From contig NC_043012.1 in assembly GCF_006345805.1 (NCBI RefSeq), positions 6,944,001-7,008,000 on the forward strand: a DNA stretch of 64,000 bases. Direction: 5' to 3'. Below, piece after piece: positions 1 to 12,215 of the stretch (within the stretch, counting starts at the first letter, position 1; the number at the start of each line of letters is the position of its first letter). The notes under the pieces were generated by a model. The model ran no database searches. It saw only the letters and a list, made by a program, of their open reading frames with translations, and was not told where the DNA came from. Made by a program: the position numbers and the translations under genes. Origin of the DNA: Octopus sinensis. Lineage: Eukaryota.

Positions 1-1736
1 AGGAGACGAAAGAAGCATTTCGGATAGAACTGGAACCGTTGTAGGTATGCTGCGAGAATACTGAGAGAAAATTGAACCTTTTTAGTAAAGATGGTGCATC
101 TTTGCGCAGTACTTTTAGTAAATAGGCGTTTGTATGTCAGTTATCTGAATCTATTCTGCAAAGTATCAAAGATAACATGTTATGAAATGTATTAAAGATG
201 AATCTCCATGAATATATAAGGCAAGAAAGTGTTTTATTAATGCGGAAATGTCATATTATATAAACATGTCTATAGATTTACAAGGTTTCTATTCAACATT
301 TGGACGTTACGTTTCAGAGGCAGATCTGACGAGCGCAAATTAATACAATAATCTTGAACAGTCTTTGTTTGTTTTACTTGATTACTTTTTATTCCACCTT
401 AAGTGCCACTAGTTGCTGAATTTCTTTACTTACATATTTATTATTTTCTTTTCTTGTCTATATAGAAATTGGTGATAAATACCATCATTATTTACAAGTT
501 TCTAGTGGGCAAATAATTGATTTACTGTATCTTCAACAACGAAGATTAAAAAGGGAGTGTCTAGATACAGAACAAATATCCCAAGAAACTGTGTTTGAAG
601 TGTACCGACCTGATCTGCCAGTTTGTGCGGCGATGTTTACGCAATTAGTCAATTGATTCTATTATAAAAAAAAGTAAATAAATAAAATTTAACTTCTTAA
701 CCACACAGCGACGATTGCTTGTATCAGAAATACTCTGAAGAACAACAACAGGGGCATCATAGTTTCCATTTCATAACATTTCGAGTAATTATAACCACAC
801 CCAGGCATTCAATTCGTAATCGGGGTGTATTTTACATTTAACTCCACAGCGTATGTGAAATCAACAACAGCCTAAAAATGGCGGACTTTATGTATTCAGT
901 GAAATGTTAGAACAGCAATGAAAACGGCTTACGGAATTTGTTAAGGCTATACGGAATGATAAAATTAGACAGTGTTAAAGAACGTAGCTAAAGGCCCTGA
1001 ACCAACAGAGGGTTCCTCACATCAATGTATGCCTTCTATTGTTTAAAAATTTTCTTTGAGAACTTGATTCTTTTGACCAAAATCTGAATACAATGGTAAC
1101 TCTTTTCAAAATATCATTTCCACCTAAATGCCTTAAATCAGTCATTAATTCAACTACAAATACAACTTCTTCTGCCGACGGTTTTATTTGGCATTGTTAC
1201 ATTATTCTATAAGCAACAATGGGTTATTTCTGATAATCTCTAAGCAAATATACGCTGAAATCATACACATAGTACAGTTTAACGGTAAACTTTGCATTTA
1301 TACTCATAAAGATGTATATACCACTGGATATGTCCAAACTTTGTGCACGTTAATTCCTTTATCATCTCACCCATGTTACACATACATACACACACAACAT
1401 GTACATATATACATGCATGTATTCATAATTGACGATGGTTAACAAAGCATGTTTTGAGATTGATGTTTTCTTAAAAGATCTTACTTTAAGCTTGCTCAAA
1501 TATTACTTGGCATAATAAGTATTCGATCTACACATACATGCGTGTGTGTGTGCCTAGCTTACACGCATATTATATGCAGTCACGATTCCCTAACTATTGC
1601 TGCTTCATTATAAACTAATGTCCTTCTATGACCTTTTAGGTATACTATAAGAAGTTGAAGTCAATGATGAATATTAACTATTTAAACCATAAGTCAGAAG
1701 GTATATTATATTCAATTATTCTTTTCTACTCTAGGT

Positions 1737-2115
1737 ACAAGGCTCGAAATTTTGGGGGAGGGGGCGAGTCGATTAGATCGACCCCAGTACACAATTTATA
1801 GCACTTAATTTATCGACCGCGAAAGGATGAAAGGCAAAGTTGATCTCGGCGGAATTTGAACTCAGAATGTAGCGGCAGATGAAATACCTATTTCTTTACT
1901 ACCCACAAGGGGCTAAACACTGAGAGGACAAACAAGGACAGACAAACGGATTAAGTCGATTATATCGATCCCAGTAACTGGTACTTATTTAATCGACCCC
2001 GAAAGGAAGAAAAGCAAAGTCGACGTCGGCGGAATTTGAACTCAGAACGTAGCGGCAGGCAAAATACCGCTAACCATTAAGCCCGGCATGCTAACGTTTC
2101 TGCCAGTTCGGCGCC
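1737..2115 (-). mobile_element. tRNA-derived SINE family A (Meta/MESC-like core), head plus two bodies
   Basis: Reverse complement of head ggcggcgagctggcagaaacgttagc and core cctttcatcctttcggggtcgat. The internal junction aaagaaata|ggtatttc near 1888 joins two body units. Confidence 0.85.
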
Positions 2116-2469
2116 TTATTTATATTGTATTATTTTATTACAAAAAAGTCACAGCTGGCCATGCCTGGATGAATGAAGCTTGTCTACAATCGGAGAGAAT
2201 CTTGATTATTTGTGTTATACCAGGAGTGTTAGGCAATATTATTGTAAAAGAAAAACAGCGGTGGGTGGGTTGATAAACACAGATACAAAGATATGCACAC
2301 ACACACACGCACACACACACGCACTCACAGACACACACATACACACATACACACACACATACGTATCTATATGTATAGCTAACACTTTGGGCAGGTGACA
2401 ACGGTCGCAAATGTACGACGAAAATTACATACGTATATGTACATATACACACATATATATATATATATA

Positions 2470-2960
2470 TATAATATGCATATATGGGTACAGGACGTCA
2501 CAAAAAGTAAACATGAATTACTGAATACGGAAACAACATGACATACGAAGGCAAACTTGGGTATGCGAACAACGAGAGAAACAAATGGAAGACAAGACAA
2601 GTAATATAAAGAACGACCCTTCATCAGTTGTCGGCTGTTCATTTACTCCATATTTCGCGGAATTAACGGCAATATGAGGCTTCGAAAAACAGAACCAAAA
2701 TAAAATTTGGGATTTGCAGAGAGTTAAAGATGGTAACAAAAACAGGACAGTGGAGACATACAACAAGCCGAACGAAAACTAACATGGAGAGCCGTTAGGC
2801 CAGACGAGGTAAAGTAGCGAACGCTAGAGGAGTATTCTTTGACAAGAGAAAAGATAAAAGAGGATAGAGATAAGCCTGTGCGACAGACTGAAGGAAAAGA
2901 AAGATGATCACATGAAGAAAAGAAAGATGGATAATGGCTACGTGTGAGCAACGAGAGAGA
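2470..2960. repeat. Probable unclassified dispersed repeat between microsatellites
   Basis: Unique-looking island bounded by (TA)n/(CA)n and (GA)n. It contains acaactgatgaaggg on the minus strand, with a similar motif at about 45735-45755. No coding signature. Confidence 0.35.
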
Positions 2961-3216
2961 GAGAGAGAGTGAGTAAAGGAGGAAGAGTGAGAGAGAAAGA
3001 GATAGATATAAAACGGTGAAAGGGAGAAAAAAGAATTAGAGATAGGAAGAGAGAAAACGAAAGGGGGAGAGAGAGAACAATACAGAATAGAGTCGCATCA
3101 AAATTATTACGATAAACTTACTTGGAAATATATATAAATATGTGTGTGTGTGCGTGTATGTATGTATATATATATCTATATATATATATATATATATATA
3201 TTATGTGTGGTGTGTG

Positions 3217-3258
<42 letters not shown>

Positions 3259-3939
3259 ATATAGATATATATATATTATATATATATATATGTATGCATA
3301 TATATACACACACACCACACATATATATTGGGGGAGAGAGAAAGAGAGAGAAAGATGGAAGGGCGAAGGGGGAGAGCGAGCAAAATGATGTTTGTTCGAG
3401 GATATGTGTTACAACATCTCTGTAATGTAACTTTGTAATTTCCCGTCCATTTCTGTACAACTGGTGGATTGCCAAACTTTAAAGTAGTTATTCCAAATAA
3501 ATGGTAAAGAATCAACACTTAATGTAAAAACAAACAGCAAAAACAAAATCCCCAACAAATAGCAAAAAAAAATAATCGAACATTCTAAATAGAGTTTAGC
3601 AGATGCTAAAGGTTACAATAAGGTGGTTATTGGCACAAAAATCGGGCCAAATGCAACAAGTTTGATTAATTTTCTCTTTCAAGAATTTATGTAGATGAGA
3701 AAATTCTGAGGCGAGGTTCGATTTTAAAAGGTCTAATATTCAGGTTATTGTCGAGAAATGAATTCTTGGAACAAGTTAAAATTTTGAAGACGAGACGAGA
3801 CGAGAAAAATTGGCGCCAAACTGGTTTACTGTTTTGTTATGCGTCTATTATATTATTTTAAAAAATTTTCTTTTTGTTGATATAATGATTATTATGCCAT
3901 GCCGCTACTTCTCCGCATTTAGACGTCACGCCTCTGCTA

Positions 3940-4340
3940 CTCTTTTACTTGTTTCAGTCATTTGACTGTGGCCATGCTGGAGCACCGCCTTTAGTCGAGC
4001 AAATCGACCCCGGGACTTATTCTCTGTAAGCCTAGTACTTATTCTATCGGTCACTTTTGCTGAACCGCTAAGTTACAGGGACGTAAACACTAGCATCGGT
4101 TGTCAAGCGATGTTGATGGGGGGGGGGGGCAAACACAGACACACAAACATATACATACAACATACATATATATACATATATGCGATGAGCTTCTTTCAGT
4201 TTCCGTCTACCAAATCCACTCACAAGGGTTTGGTCGGCCCGAGGCTATAGCAGAAGACACTTACCCAAGGTGCCACGCTGTGGGACTGAACCCGGAACCA
4301 TGTGGTTCGTAAATAAGCTGCCTGCCATACAGCCATTCCT
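3940..4340 (-). mobile_element. tRNA-derived SINE family B (CORE-like domain, internal microsatellite), near full length
   Basis: Minus strand reads tRNA-like head (ggctgtatgg..., ggttcagtccc), ccttgggtaagtgtcttct CORE-like block, internal CA/TA tract, and tail aaaggcggtgctccagcatggccacagtcaaatgactgaaacaagtaaaaga. Confidence 0.85.
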
Positions 4341-5661
4341 ACTATGGACATGTTATTATAATATGACAGGAAAAAATCGCAAGACAGATTCTTCGGCCAG
4401 ATATCGAAGGGGTAGATCAAGAACGAAATTGTTAGGTAATACCCATACACAGAGTTAGACATGCTTGGGAACCCAGCAGGATAGTGTAATGACGGTTGGT
4501 TGCGTCTAATAGCACTTTATGAAAGAGGCACCTGAGGTTTCTACCCCCACTCCCACCCCCAGGGAAAAACGAAGAAAAATGCGAAGAAGGTTAATCCAAA
4601 AAAAACGGAACGCGTAGAAAAAAAAGAAAGGAAAAAAAACCAAGATCCCTGTCCTCCATGATTGCAGAAACCATAAATAATGCAGCAATTTCGGAAAGGG
4701 GTAAACTCGATTACATCGACCAAAGAGTTCAGCTGGTACTAATTTTATTGGCCTCGAATGGATGAAAGGCAAAGCCAGCCTCAGCGAAATTTGAACAGAA
4801 AATGTGAATCCGCAAAGCATTTTGCTCGGAGTGATAACAAGTCCGACACCTCGCCGCCTTTCATTATTTTAATATTGTTAAGAAATTTGTATTAATACGC
4901 ACTAATTCTTTGGCCAGTGCTGATTACATAATATTGATATAATATTCAATAAGAGGAGATTAGGATTAAGGGCTTTAGGGGGAGACGATATCCAATAACA
5001 TAACTGACAGAAATATCTTGCTTTGTCCTTCTATCCACACACGCCCACAAATAAATACATGTGAATCTATACGTCATGGCCCTTGTGTGTGTGTACAAAT
5101 ACATATAGGGATGGATGGAGGGCTGAATGTATGTATTTATAGTGATAGCGCGTTTGGCCTAAAGGTTAAGGCTTTTCCGACCACGATAGTAGTGTTGTGG
5201 GTTCGATACCTGGAGCGGGTAATCCGCTAGATCCTTAAGGAAGACACTTCCTTTTGTGTTCCTTCAGGCCATTCTCTTGAAAATAAGTAGCAGTCGGGTG
5301 CTGATGCTGTCCGCCTTCTCACGCCAGCACTTTTCATTCGCTGCGCCAAAGGATGGGGTAAGTCGTGAGGGTGCGTATTATCAAAAATATAGAACACGTT
5401 AGCAAGCCATACTCCTAAGCATGAGACATAGGCATATATACACGCAAATATATATTATACGCGTGTGCGTGAGTGCGTGTGTGTGTGTTTGTGTGTGTTA
5501 GTGTGCGTGGCCATAATCTCACACATGTACATATACATGTAGTAGTATATATTTATACATACACACAAACATATATATATATATATGTAGGTCCCGGGTT
5601 GAGTCGGGGTTAACCACAGTAAATAAGGTACTCAATACATAGCAGAGTAAATTAATTTATT

Positions 5662-5748
5662 TTATAGAAGGAGCTTCTACAGGACTAGAACTGTTTCATT
5701 CAAAGATTTCTTTTGAATGAAACAGTTCTAGTCCTGTAGAAGCTCCTT

Positions 5749-5754
<6 letters not shown>
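5662..5754. repeat. Perfect 43-bp inverted repeat (7-nt loop) in a (TA)n-flanked island
   Basis: 5662-5704 is the exact reverse complement of 5712-5754. Confidence 0.95.
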
Positions 5755-5798
<44 letters not shown>

Positions 5799-5970
5799 TA
5801 GTTGAATGAATTATCTTGTTATGGATAATTCGGTTAACCGATACCTGGGTAGCAAATTCACATCAGAGAAGACACGGTTGAAGTTACGTGCTTTCGTGTG
5901 GAAATTTGTATGTTTTTTTAGATATATAAATATATGAAAGAATGGAGTTGAACGACGATGTTGACATAAG

Positions 5971-6068
5971 TTCCTTGCTTTTCCTGATGAGAAAGCGGCA
6001 TAATATACTCCTTATTCCTTCGCAATTAGGAATATGCAGCTTCGAAACATATGTCGAAAATAAAGGAA
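5971..6068 (+). ncRNA. Type I hammerhead ribozyme, canonical core
   Basis: Core CUGAUGA 5984-5990, GAAA 6044-6047, stem III palindrome ACAUAUGU 6047-6054, GUC cleavage triplet (cut after 6055). Stem I 5971-5983/6056-6068 has 11 of 13 pairs. Stem II is closed by G5991-C6043. Confidence 0.88.
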
Positions 6069-6126
6069 TTTTGTTAATTCGTCGTTCAACTCCATTCTTT
6101 CATATATATATATATATATATATATA

Positions 6127-7300
6127 GGTGCGTAAGGTATTTGAAGACATACTTTTTGGGGTCATTGCTGCTTTTTTTGCTAACTTTGTATAATCTTCGT
6201 TTCAGAAAATTATAATGGCAGCCCCTTAGCTTACACAAGAAATGAAGAGGCATGCTGTTATTGTGGTTATAAAGGCTGAGCATAGCAGTTTAGAAATATC
6301 TCGATTTTTAGAAGTTGCCAGATCTTTCGTCTACAAAGTTTGTAAGGAGCTAGAGACTGAAGATGGAAATATATCACCAGTATCAAAGCATAAAAAAGCA
6401 TTGTAAAAGCTCTGAAATCATCAGAACACCTGAATTTATCCAGCAAGTTCAACAAACCATTCATTACAATCCCAGAAAGTCTATGAGGTCAATTGCAAAG
6501 CAAAATATCTCCATGTGTCACAAGGAACTGTCAGAAATGTTGTCCACGAAGACATCAGATACAAGTCTTATATGATGAGGAAAGGTCAATTTGTCAGAAA
6601 ATGCAAAAGAAAATCACTGGATCAGAATTAAAAGGCTCTTAAACAAACTGAAGATTTAATTTGGTTTTTCTCAAACGAGAAAAATTTCGACCAAGATCAA
6701 AAACTTAACAAAAGAAATGACATATGGTTATGTGCAGATTCTTCTCAAGTTCCAAGTGTTGTGAATACAAAATTTCCTGCAATTTTCATGGATTTAGGGG
6801 TTGCAGCAATGAAGGACATGTGATGCCTCCTTACTTCTTTCAACAAGGCCTTAGACTTAATTCTTCCACCTACATTGAGGTCCTGGAAATAATCGTTAAA
6901 CCCTGGATAGACAGTGTATGCAATGGAAGGCCATATGTGTTTCAGTAAGACTCTGCACTATCACACATGGCTCTAGTAACACAGGAATGGATGGCTGAAA
7001 ATTTTCATGATCATACAACCCCTAACATTTGGCCTCCTAATTCCCCAGATCTTAATCCATTAGATTATTACATGCGGAGCGCTGTTGAGAGAGGCCAATG
7101 AACACGCCCATAACACCAAAGATTCTTTGAAAGTTGCCATCGTCAGAGTAATGCCCCAAATGAACCAGGACCACTTGATTCGAGCATGTAGATGATTCGG
7201 ATCTCATATAGAATCAGTTGTTGAAGCTGAATATGGTTTTATTGAATAACATTATAGAAATAAAGGATAATTTTCATCCTCATAACATTTTTTGAGAAAT
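6127..7300 (+). mobile_element. Decayed Tc1/mariner-superfamily transposon, DD37D (maT-type) transposase pseudogene
   Basis: Frameshifted ORF from ATG about 6241 (MKRHAVIV...SEIIRTPEFIQQVQ). Motifs are FSNEKNF (first D mutated), FQ*DSALSH (D at 6949) and WPPNSPDLNPLDY. I counted 37 residues between the second and third D. TIRs were not recognised. Confidence 0.88.
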
Positions 7301-7349
7301 AAAGTTATCTGTTATTATATATCTTTAATCTTTTAATCTTTTAATCTTT

Positions 7350-7742
7350 TATTTGTTACAGTCATTTGACTGCGGCCATGCTGGAGCACCGCCTTTAGTT
7401 GAACAAATCGACCCCGGGACTTATTCTTTGGAAGCCCAGTACTTATTCTATCGGTCTCTTTTGCCGAACCGCTAAGTGACGGGGACGTAAACACACCAGC
7501 ATCGGTTGTCAAGCAATGCTAGGGGACAAACACAGATACACAAACACACACACACATACATATATATATACATATATACAACAGACTTCTTTCAGTTTCC
7601 GTCTACCAAATCCACTCACAAGGCATTGGTCGGCCCGGGGCTATAGCAGAAGACACTTGCCCAAGATGCCACGCTGTGAGACTGAACTCGGAACCATGTT
7701 GTTGGTTAGCAAGCTACTTACCACACAGCCACTCCTGCGCCT
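7350..7742 (-). mobile_element. SINE family B, near full length
   Basis: Same head, CORE-like block and tail as 3940-4340, followed by a short (aaaagatt)n tail. Confidence 0.88.
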
Positions 7743-7785
7743 ATATCTAGTTTTTTATAAATATAAATTTGTCCTCAAATATATT

Positions 7786-7827
<42 letters not shown>

Positions 7828-8186
7828 TTACACATACGGAAAAGTCTATTTGCCAATACAATGTGGCAGTCCTACACAGGACGATGTTAATACTTTTTAG
7901 CCCCAGGAAAACAACTTTTCAAGCTGGCTACCAACACATGGTCTGTGTCCGTATACTGTGAGCAAGGGCGTCTATTGATCCTTTTCTAGCCTTAGCTATA
8001 CCTTTAGAACAATGGCTTTACATTATCGAGCGATTACTGTTTCAATCTCATTCTGAGATTTAATTATGCTTACTGTTCGTTTTTCGACATCAGTGGCAGA
8101 CGCCATTAGAAAAACTTATATATATATTAGAAAAACTTATATATATATTTGCAAAGGAGCCTTCTCTTTCATCGCTACCTGGTGGG

Positions 8187-8233
8187 TACCGCCCGTTGAC
8201 GAGGGACAAAAACCCGAAACTAGTTCGAGCGTA
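8187..8233 (+). ncRNA. Type I hammerhead ribozyme, near-canonical (C3 replaced by U)
   Basis: CGCCCG-UUGACGA-GGG(acaaaaa)CCC-GAAAC-UA-GUU-CGAGCG. Stem I pairs 5 of 6 and extends further. Stem III is the palindrome AACUAGUU. Confidence 0.7.
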
Positions 8234-8393
8234 TCACTCAGGCTTGCGAGGAAGGGATGGCCTCCCTTTGCAAATACTCCAAGGACACAGATATTGTGTC
8301 TAGCCAGCTAGAGACGAAGATCTCTTGGGGCTATAAAGCTACAGTAACACCCCCCTCCCCAATGTGGTTAGCCATGATAAGATGGCTTCTATA

Positions 8394-8464
<71 letters not shown>

Positions 8465-9140
8465 TGTACATACATGTACTCACAGCATGCGTTGGTATGT
8501 ATGTAAGTGTATGTGAGTGACTAAGTGCGTGCGAGTGTGAGCGTATGTGTGTGTTTATGTGTTCGTATTATACTTTTTATATACGTTGCGTTCGTATTAT
8601 ATATTTACATGGCGTGTTACAAAAGGTTATAGGATCAACTGTCTCTGTTATTTTGTGAAATTTATCTTGTTATTTCACAATTTCCCTGATCTAGCATACA
8701 CACGCGCATGCACATTTACATAAATACACTCTTGTACACATACTCATACACACACGCGTCCGCACACGCATATATATATATATATGTACATGTGTATGTA
8801 TATATATATATATATGTACATATATATATATATATATATATGCACATATGTATGTATATATAGATATATGTACATATATATATATATATATATGTACATA
8901 TATCTATATATACATACACATGCACATATATGTATACATTATATATATATGCATGTATATACATATATATATAGATATAGATAGATAGATAGATATGTAT
9001 GTATGCATATATGTATCTATCTATTATGTATGTGTATGTATGTGAATGCTAATTACGGATATATATATATATATGCATATATATGAATATATATATAGAT
9101 ATTTGTGCGCGTGTGGGTGCGCTCGCGCGTGTATGTATTA

Positions 9141-9171
<31 letters not shown>

Positions 9172-9602
9172 TGTGTGTGTGTTTGTGTGTGTGTGCGTGC
9201 GTGTAAACCCCCAATCGTTTCTTCAGTTTTTGTTCTGTAAAGTACATCTAACCACGATACGATTTTCCATTCATGCTGTCGAAAACCTTTTTTTTTTTTC
9301 ATTTTAATCTTTCGGTTTTCCTCTCCTGCCTTCCTTTTGTAACAACTGTCGAAATTTGCAAGAGATTTATTCAGCACATTTTTCCCTTATATTCTTTTAT
9401 TGTATTTTGTGTTTGCTTTTCTCTCTTTTGAAAACAAATTGTTTTTGTTGTTTGTTGTTCTGTAAGACAGACTCTACTTGCATAAATATTGCAGCTTATA
9501 TAATGTAGGCGTCTATGTATGCTAGATCATGGATATAACACCATGTGAGTGGACGTGGACATAAACATGCTATTTGGCTGGTGTCATTTTGCGTGAGAGA
9601 AC

Positions 9603-9646
<44 letters not shown>

Positions 9647-9773
9647 GTCTTTGCACATCTAACGCTGGAGGTGTACTACAGTGTCAGCTGTTCACTACCA
9701 GTGAACTAAGGTAACACCTCTTATTTTCCGAGCACCTTCCGGAGTACTCGGGCGGTTCCAAGCAGTGTTACTA

Positions 9774-9775
<2 letters not shown>
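9647..9775 (-). mobile_element. 5'-truncated R4/Dong-clade non-LTR retrotransposon 3' end inside (TAA)n
   Basis: Minus strand encodes IVTLLGTARVLRKVLGK* (stop 9721-9723), the C-terminal motif of RLE-type elements. It has a short 3' UTR and (TAA)n on both sides. Confidence 0.8.
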
Positions 9776-9822
<47 letters not shown>

Positions 9823-9914
9823 CAGGAAAGAATCAGTATTAATAGTAATTCAGACCTGACAGACAACACATGCTAAATGACCCAATTCATTGATATTGTC
9901 GACCGACATATTTA

Positions 9915-10823
9915 CGAAGAGGTACCCAAAAGTGTGACCGGAAACGTTCTCTGCAGGACAAGTTCGTTGTAGTTCAGCCTTCCGCCGCTAGAATCCAATT
10001 GATGCGACCCTCAGGCATCAGTATACTGACTAGCACCATCGAGTTGGGTCCTGCTGCCACGTGGTGCATCTTTGTTTTGCAGTGCCTCTACCCTGTTCGT
10101 CGATTGTTGCGATGGCTGAAACAAAAGAACAGCATGCCTCTGTGAAATTCTGGTTATCTGCTGAAGAAAATGGTGGCCGAAACAGTTGTCATGCTTCAAA
10201 CAGTTTACAAGGACGCTGCCATGAGCAAAACATAAGTTTACGTGTAGTTTTCATGCTTTAGGAATGGTCACTTGTCGCTTGAAGACCAACGTCGTTCAAG
10301 ACAACCGTCGGCCTCTTGAGCGAATGAAAACATCATGAAAATTCATGAACTGGTTTTGGAGGACCGTCACCGAACAAATGACAAACTCGTTGATATGACT
10401 GGTGTGTCCTGGAGCTCCGGCCAACGGATTTTGAGTGAGGAATTGTGAATGAAAAGAGTTGCAGCAAAATTTGTGCCTCACTTGCTCACGGAAGATCAAA
10501 AGCAGTCATGACTGAATGTGTGTCGTGAACTGAAAGATCAGTTGCTAGTTGATCCGGACTTTTTTCGAAGGTCACCACTGATGATAAAAGCCGGTGCCAT
10601 GAAATTTGCAGGTGTAGAAGAGGTGAAGAAAGAAATTGACGGAGGCGTTAAAATGCATCACTTTGCAAGAGTTCCAGAACTGTTTCGAAAGGCGGAAAAC
10701 GCGTCTGGACCGATGCATTGCTTCGAATGGAGAATTCTTTGAAGGCGATAAATGTGTAAACATGTAAAATTAAGTGGATAAAATAATATTGCAAAATTCC
10801 GGTTTCTTTTGGGTACCCCCTCG
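9915..10823 (+). mobile_element. Internally deleted mariner (about 0.9 kb) with TIRs and TA flanks
   Basis: Left end ta|cgaagaggtacccaaaag..ccggaa and right end ttccggtttcttttgggtaccccctcg|ta. Remnants are MAETKEQHASVKF, KFVPHLLTEDQK, and a C-terminus RLDRCIASNGEFFEGDK. The segment between the first catalytic D region and the C-terminus is missing. Confidence 0.9.
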
Positions 10824-10827
10824 TATA

Positions 10828-10985
10828 TAGGCGCAGGCGTGGCAGTGTGGTAAGAAGCTATGGTTACGGGTTCAATCACACTGCGTGGCACCATGGGCAA
10901 GTTTCTACTACTATAGTCTCAGACCAACCAAAGCCTTGTGAGTGGATTTAGTAAACGGAAACTGAAAGAAGCCTGTCTCACACAC
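10828..10985 (+). mobile_element. SINE family B, 5' portion
   Basis: ggcgcaggcgtggcagtgtggtaagaagc head plus a CORE-like block, directly after the mariner right TIR. Confidence 0.8.
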
Positions 10986-11118
10986 ACACACACATACATA
11001 CATACATACATACATAATACATAAGTTCAGCAAAATTTAGATTCAGATGAATATGGTACTTAAGTTAAAGGCACCAGAATTTTGTATGGTATTATCCATA
11101 TAAATCAAATTGGGTGAT

Positions 11119-11308
11119 TATAATCAAAATAACTAACAAGGATATCCAAGGTAGTATAGTACAATCGTTTCATGCTACTTCATTTTATTAAACACAGTAA
11201 GTATTACATTAAAACTGATGTAATACTTACAGTGTTTAATAAAATGAAGTAGCATGAAACAATTGTACTACACTACCTTGGATATCCCTGTTGCTTATTT
11301 TGATTATA
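11119..11308. repeat. Long imperfect inverted repeat (about 90-bp arms, 8-nt loop) ending in (TA)n
   Basis: 11119-11209 is the reverse complement of 11218-11308 with few mismatches. Confidence 0.92.
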
Positions 11309-11682
11309 TATATATATATATATGTATGTATGTGTGTGTATATATATGTATGTGTGTGTGTATGTGTGTTTGTATTACTGTATTATATTTCCAACATTCA
11401 CATACTGATTCAACGATTATGTTCTGTACAAATTAGTTAATTAAATATCCCAACTGCCATTGTTTGACATTTGCAAACTACGTAAGATCTTAATTAATTA
11501 AGCATGTATAATTGCTCACCCGCCTTGTACTCATGCACACACGCATTTTCAGTGAATCGGGTCTCTACGATGTTCATCTTAAGCCACTACAAAATTCGCT
11601 CGAAGGCCTTATATGGATATGGATATGGATGCGACAGAATCTCTTTGTATGAACTAGAAATGGGTAAAAGGGTAAGAGTAAA

Positions 11683-12011
11683 AACCCCTTTCAGTCATGA
11701 CTGGCCATGGGATTGCACCTGGAAATTCCCCCTTTCCGAAGCACATGTCCGGACAAGGTTGTTTATGGAAGACCAGCAGTCGCCCATGCCATCGATGCTA
11801 TCTTGATGCCACTGATGTTATCCAAGGGAAAGGCAAAGGGGCCGATACAGCTTCGCACCAGTGACTCTGTAAATCATTTCTACAGCTGAGTGAACTGAAG
11901 CAATGTGAAATGAAGTGTCTTGCCCAAGAACACAGCACAGCCCAGTCCGTAAATCGAACTCACTACCTCATGATTGTGAGCCCGACGTTCTAACTACTAA
12001 ACGATGTGCCT
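11683..12011 (-). mobile_element. tRNA-derived SINE family C (diverged copy)
   Basis: Homologous to 49659-49990 and 55044-55365 (ggaagaccagcagtcgcccatgc; ctacagctgagtgaactg). Confidence 0.8.
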
Positions 12012-12014
12012 TCA

Positions 12015-12215
12015 CAACTAGAAATAACAACTAAAATATCCTCAGACCACATGCACACCCTACCATCTTAAGGTAGGAAACACATGCAAAGCAGTCCCAG
12101 ATGATACATTGCTTGTAAAAACAAATGAAAACCGAGAAGGTCACGGCTGGAACATATTTTATGATAGGTCTGTTGAATCAGCTCTGACCAAGGTTTTAGC
12201 AACAATAACGTGTTG
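12015..12215 (+). mobile_element. Old decayed retroposon 3' segment; related remnants at about 18400-18490, 25490-25720, 29700-29870, 31225-31420, 33890-34050, 61380-61460
   Basis: Recurrent degenerate motifs agcagccaaatctccct...ggtcacggctggaa...gatcataggtctg...tcagagctgacc. Confidence 0.55.

Noticed and set aside
295-345. Minus-strand GAAAC-gtaac-GUC with plus-strand CTGACGA nearby
   Set aside because: The two half-cores are on opposite strands, so no ribozyme can form on either.
2615-2670. Minus-strand CTGATGA (also 45735-45755, and plus 19467, 21985)
   Set aside because: None has a stem II followed by GAAA and stem III in any circular permutation I could build.
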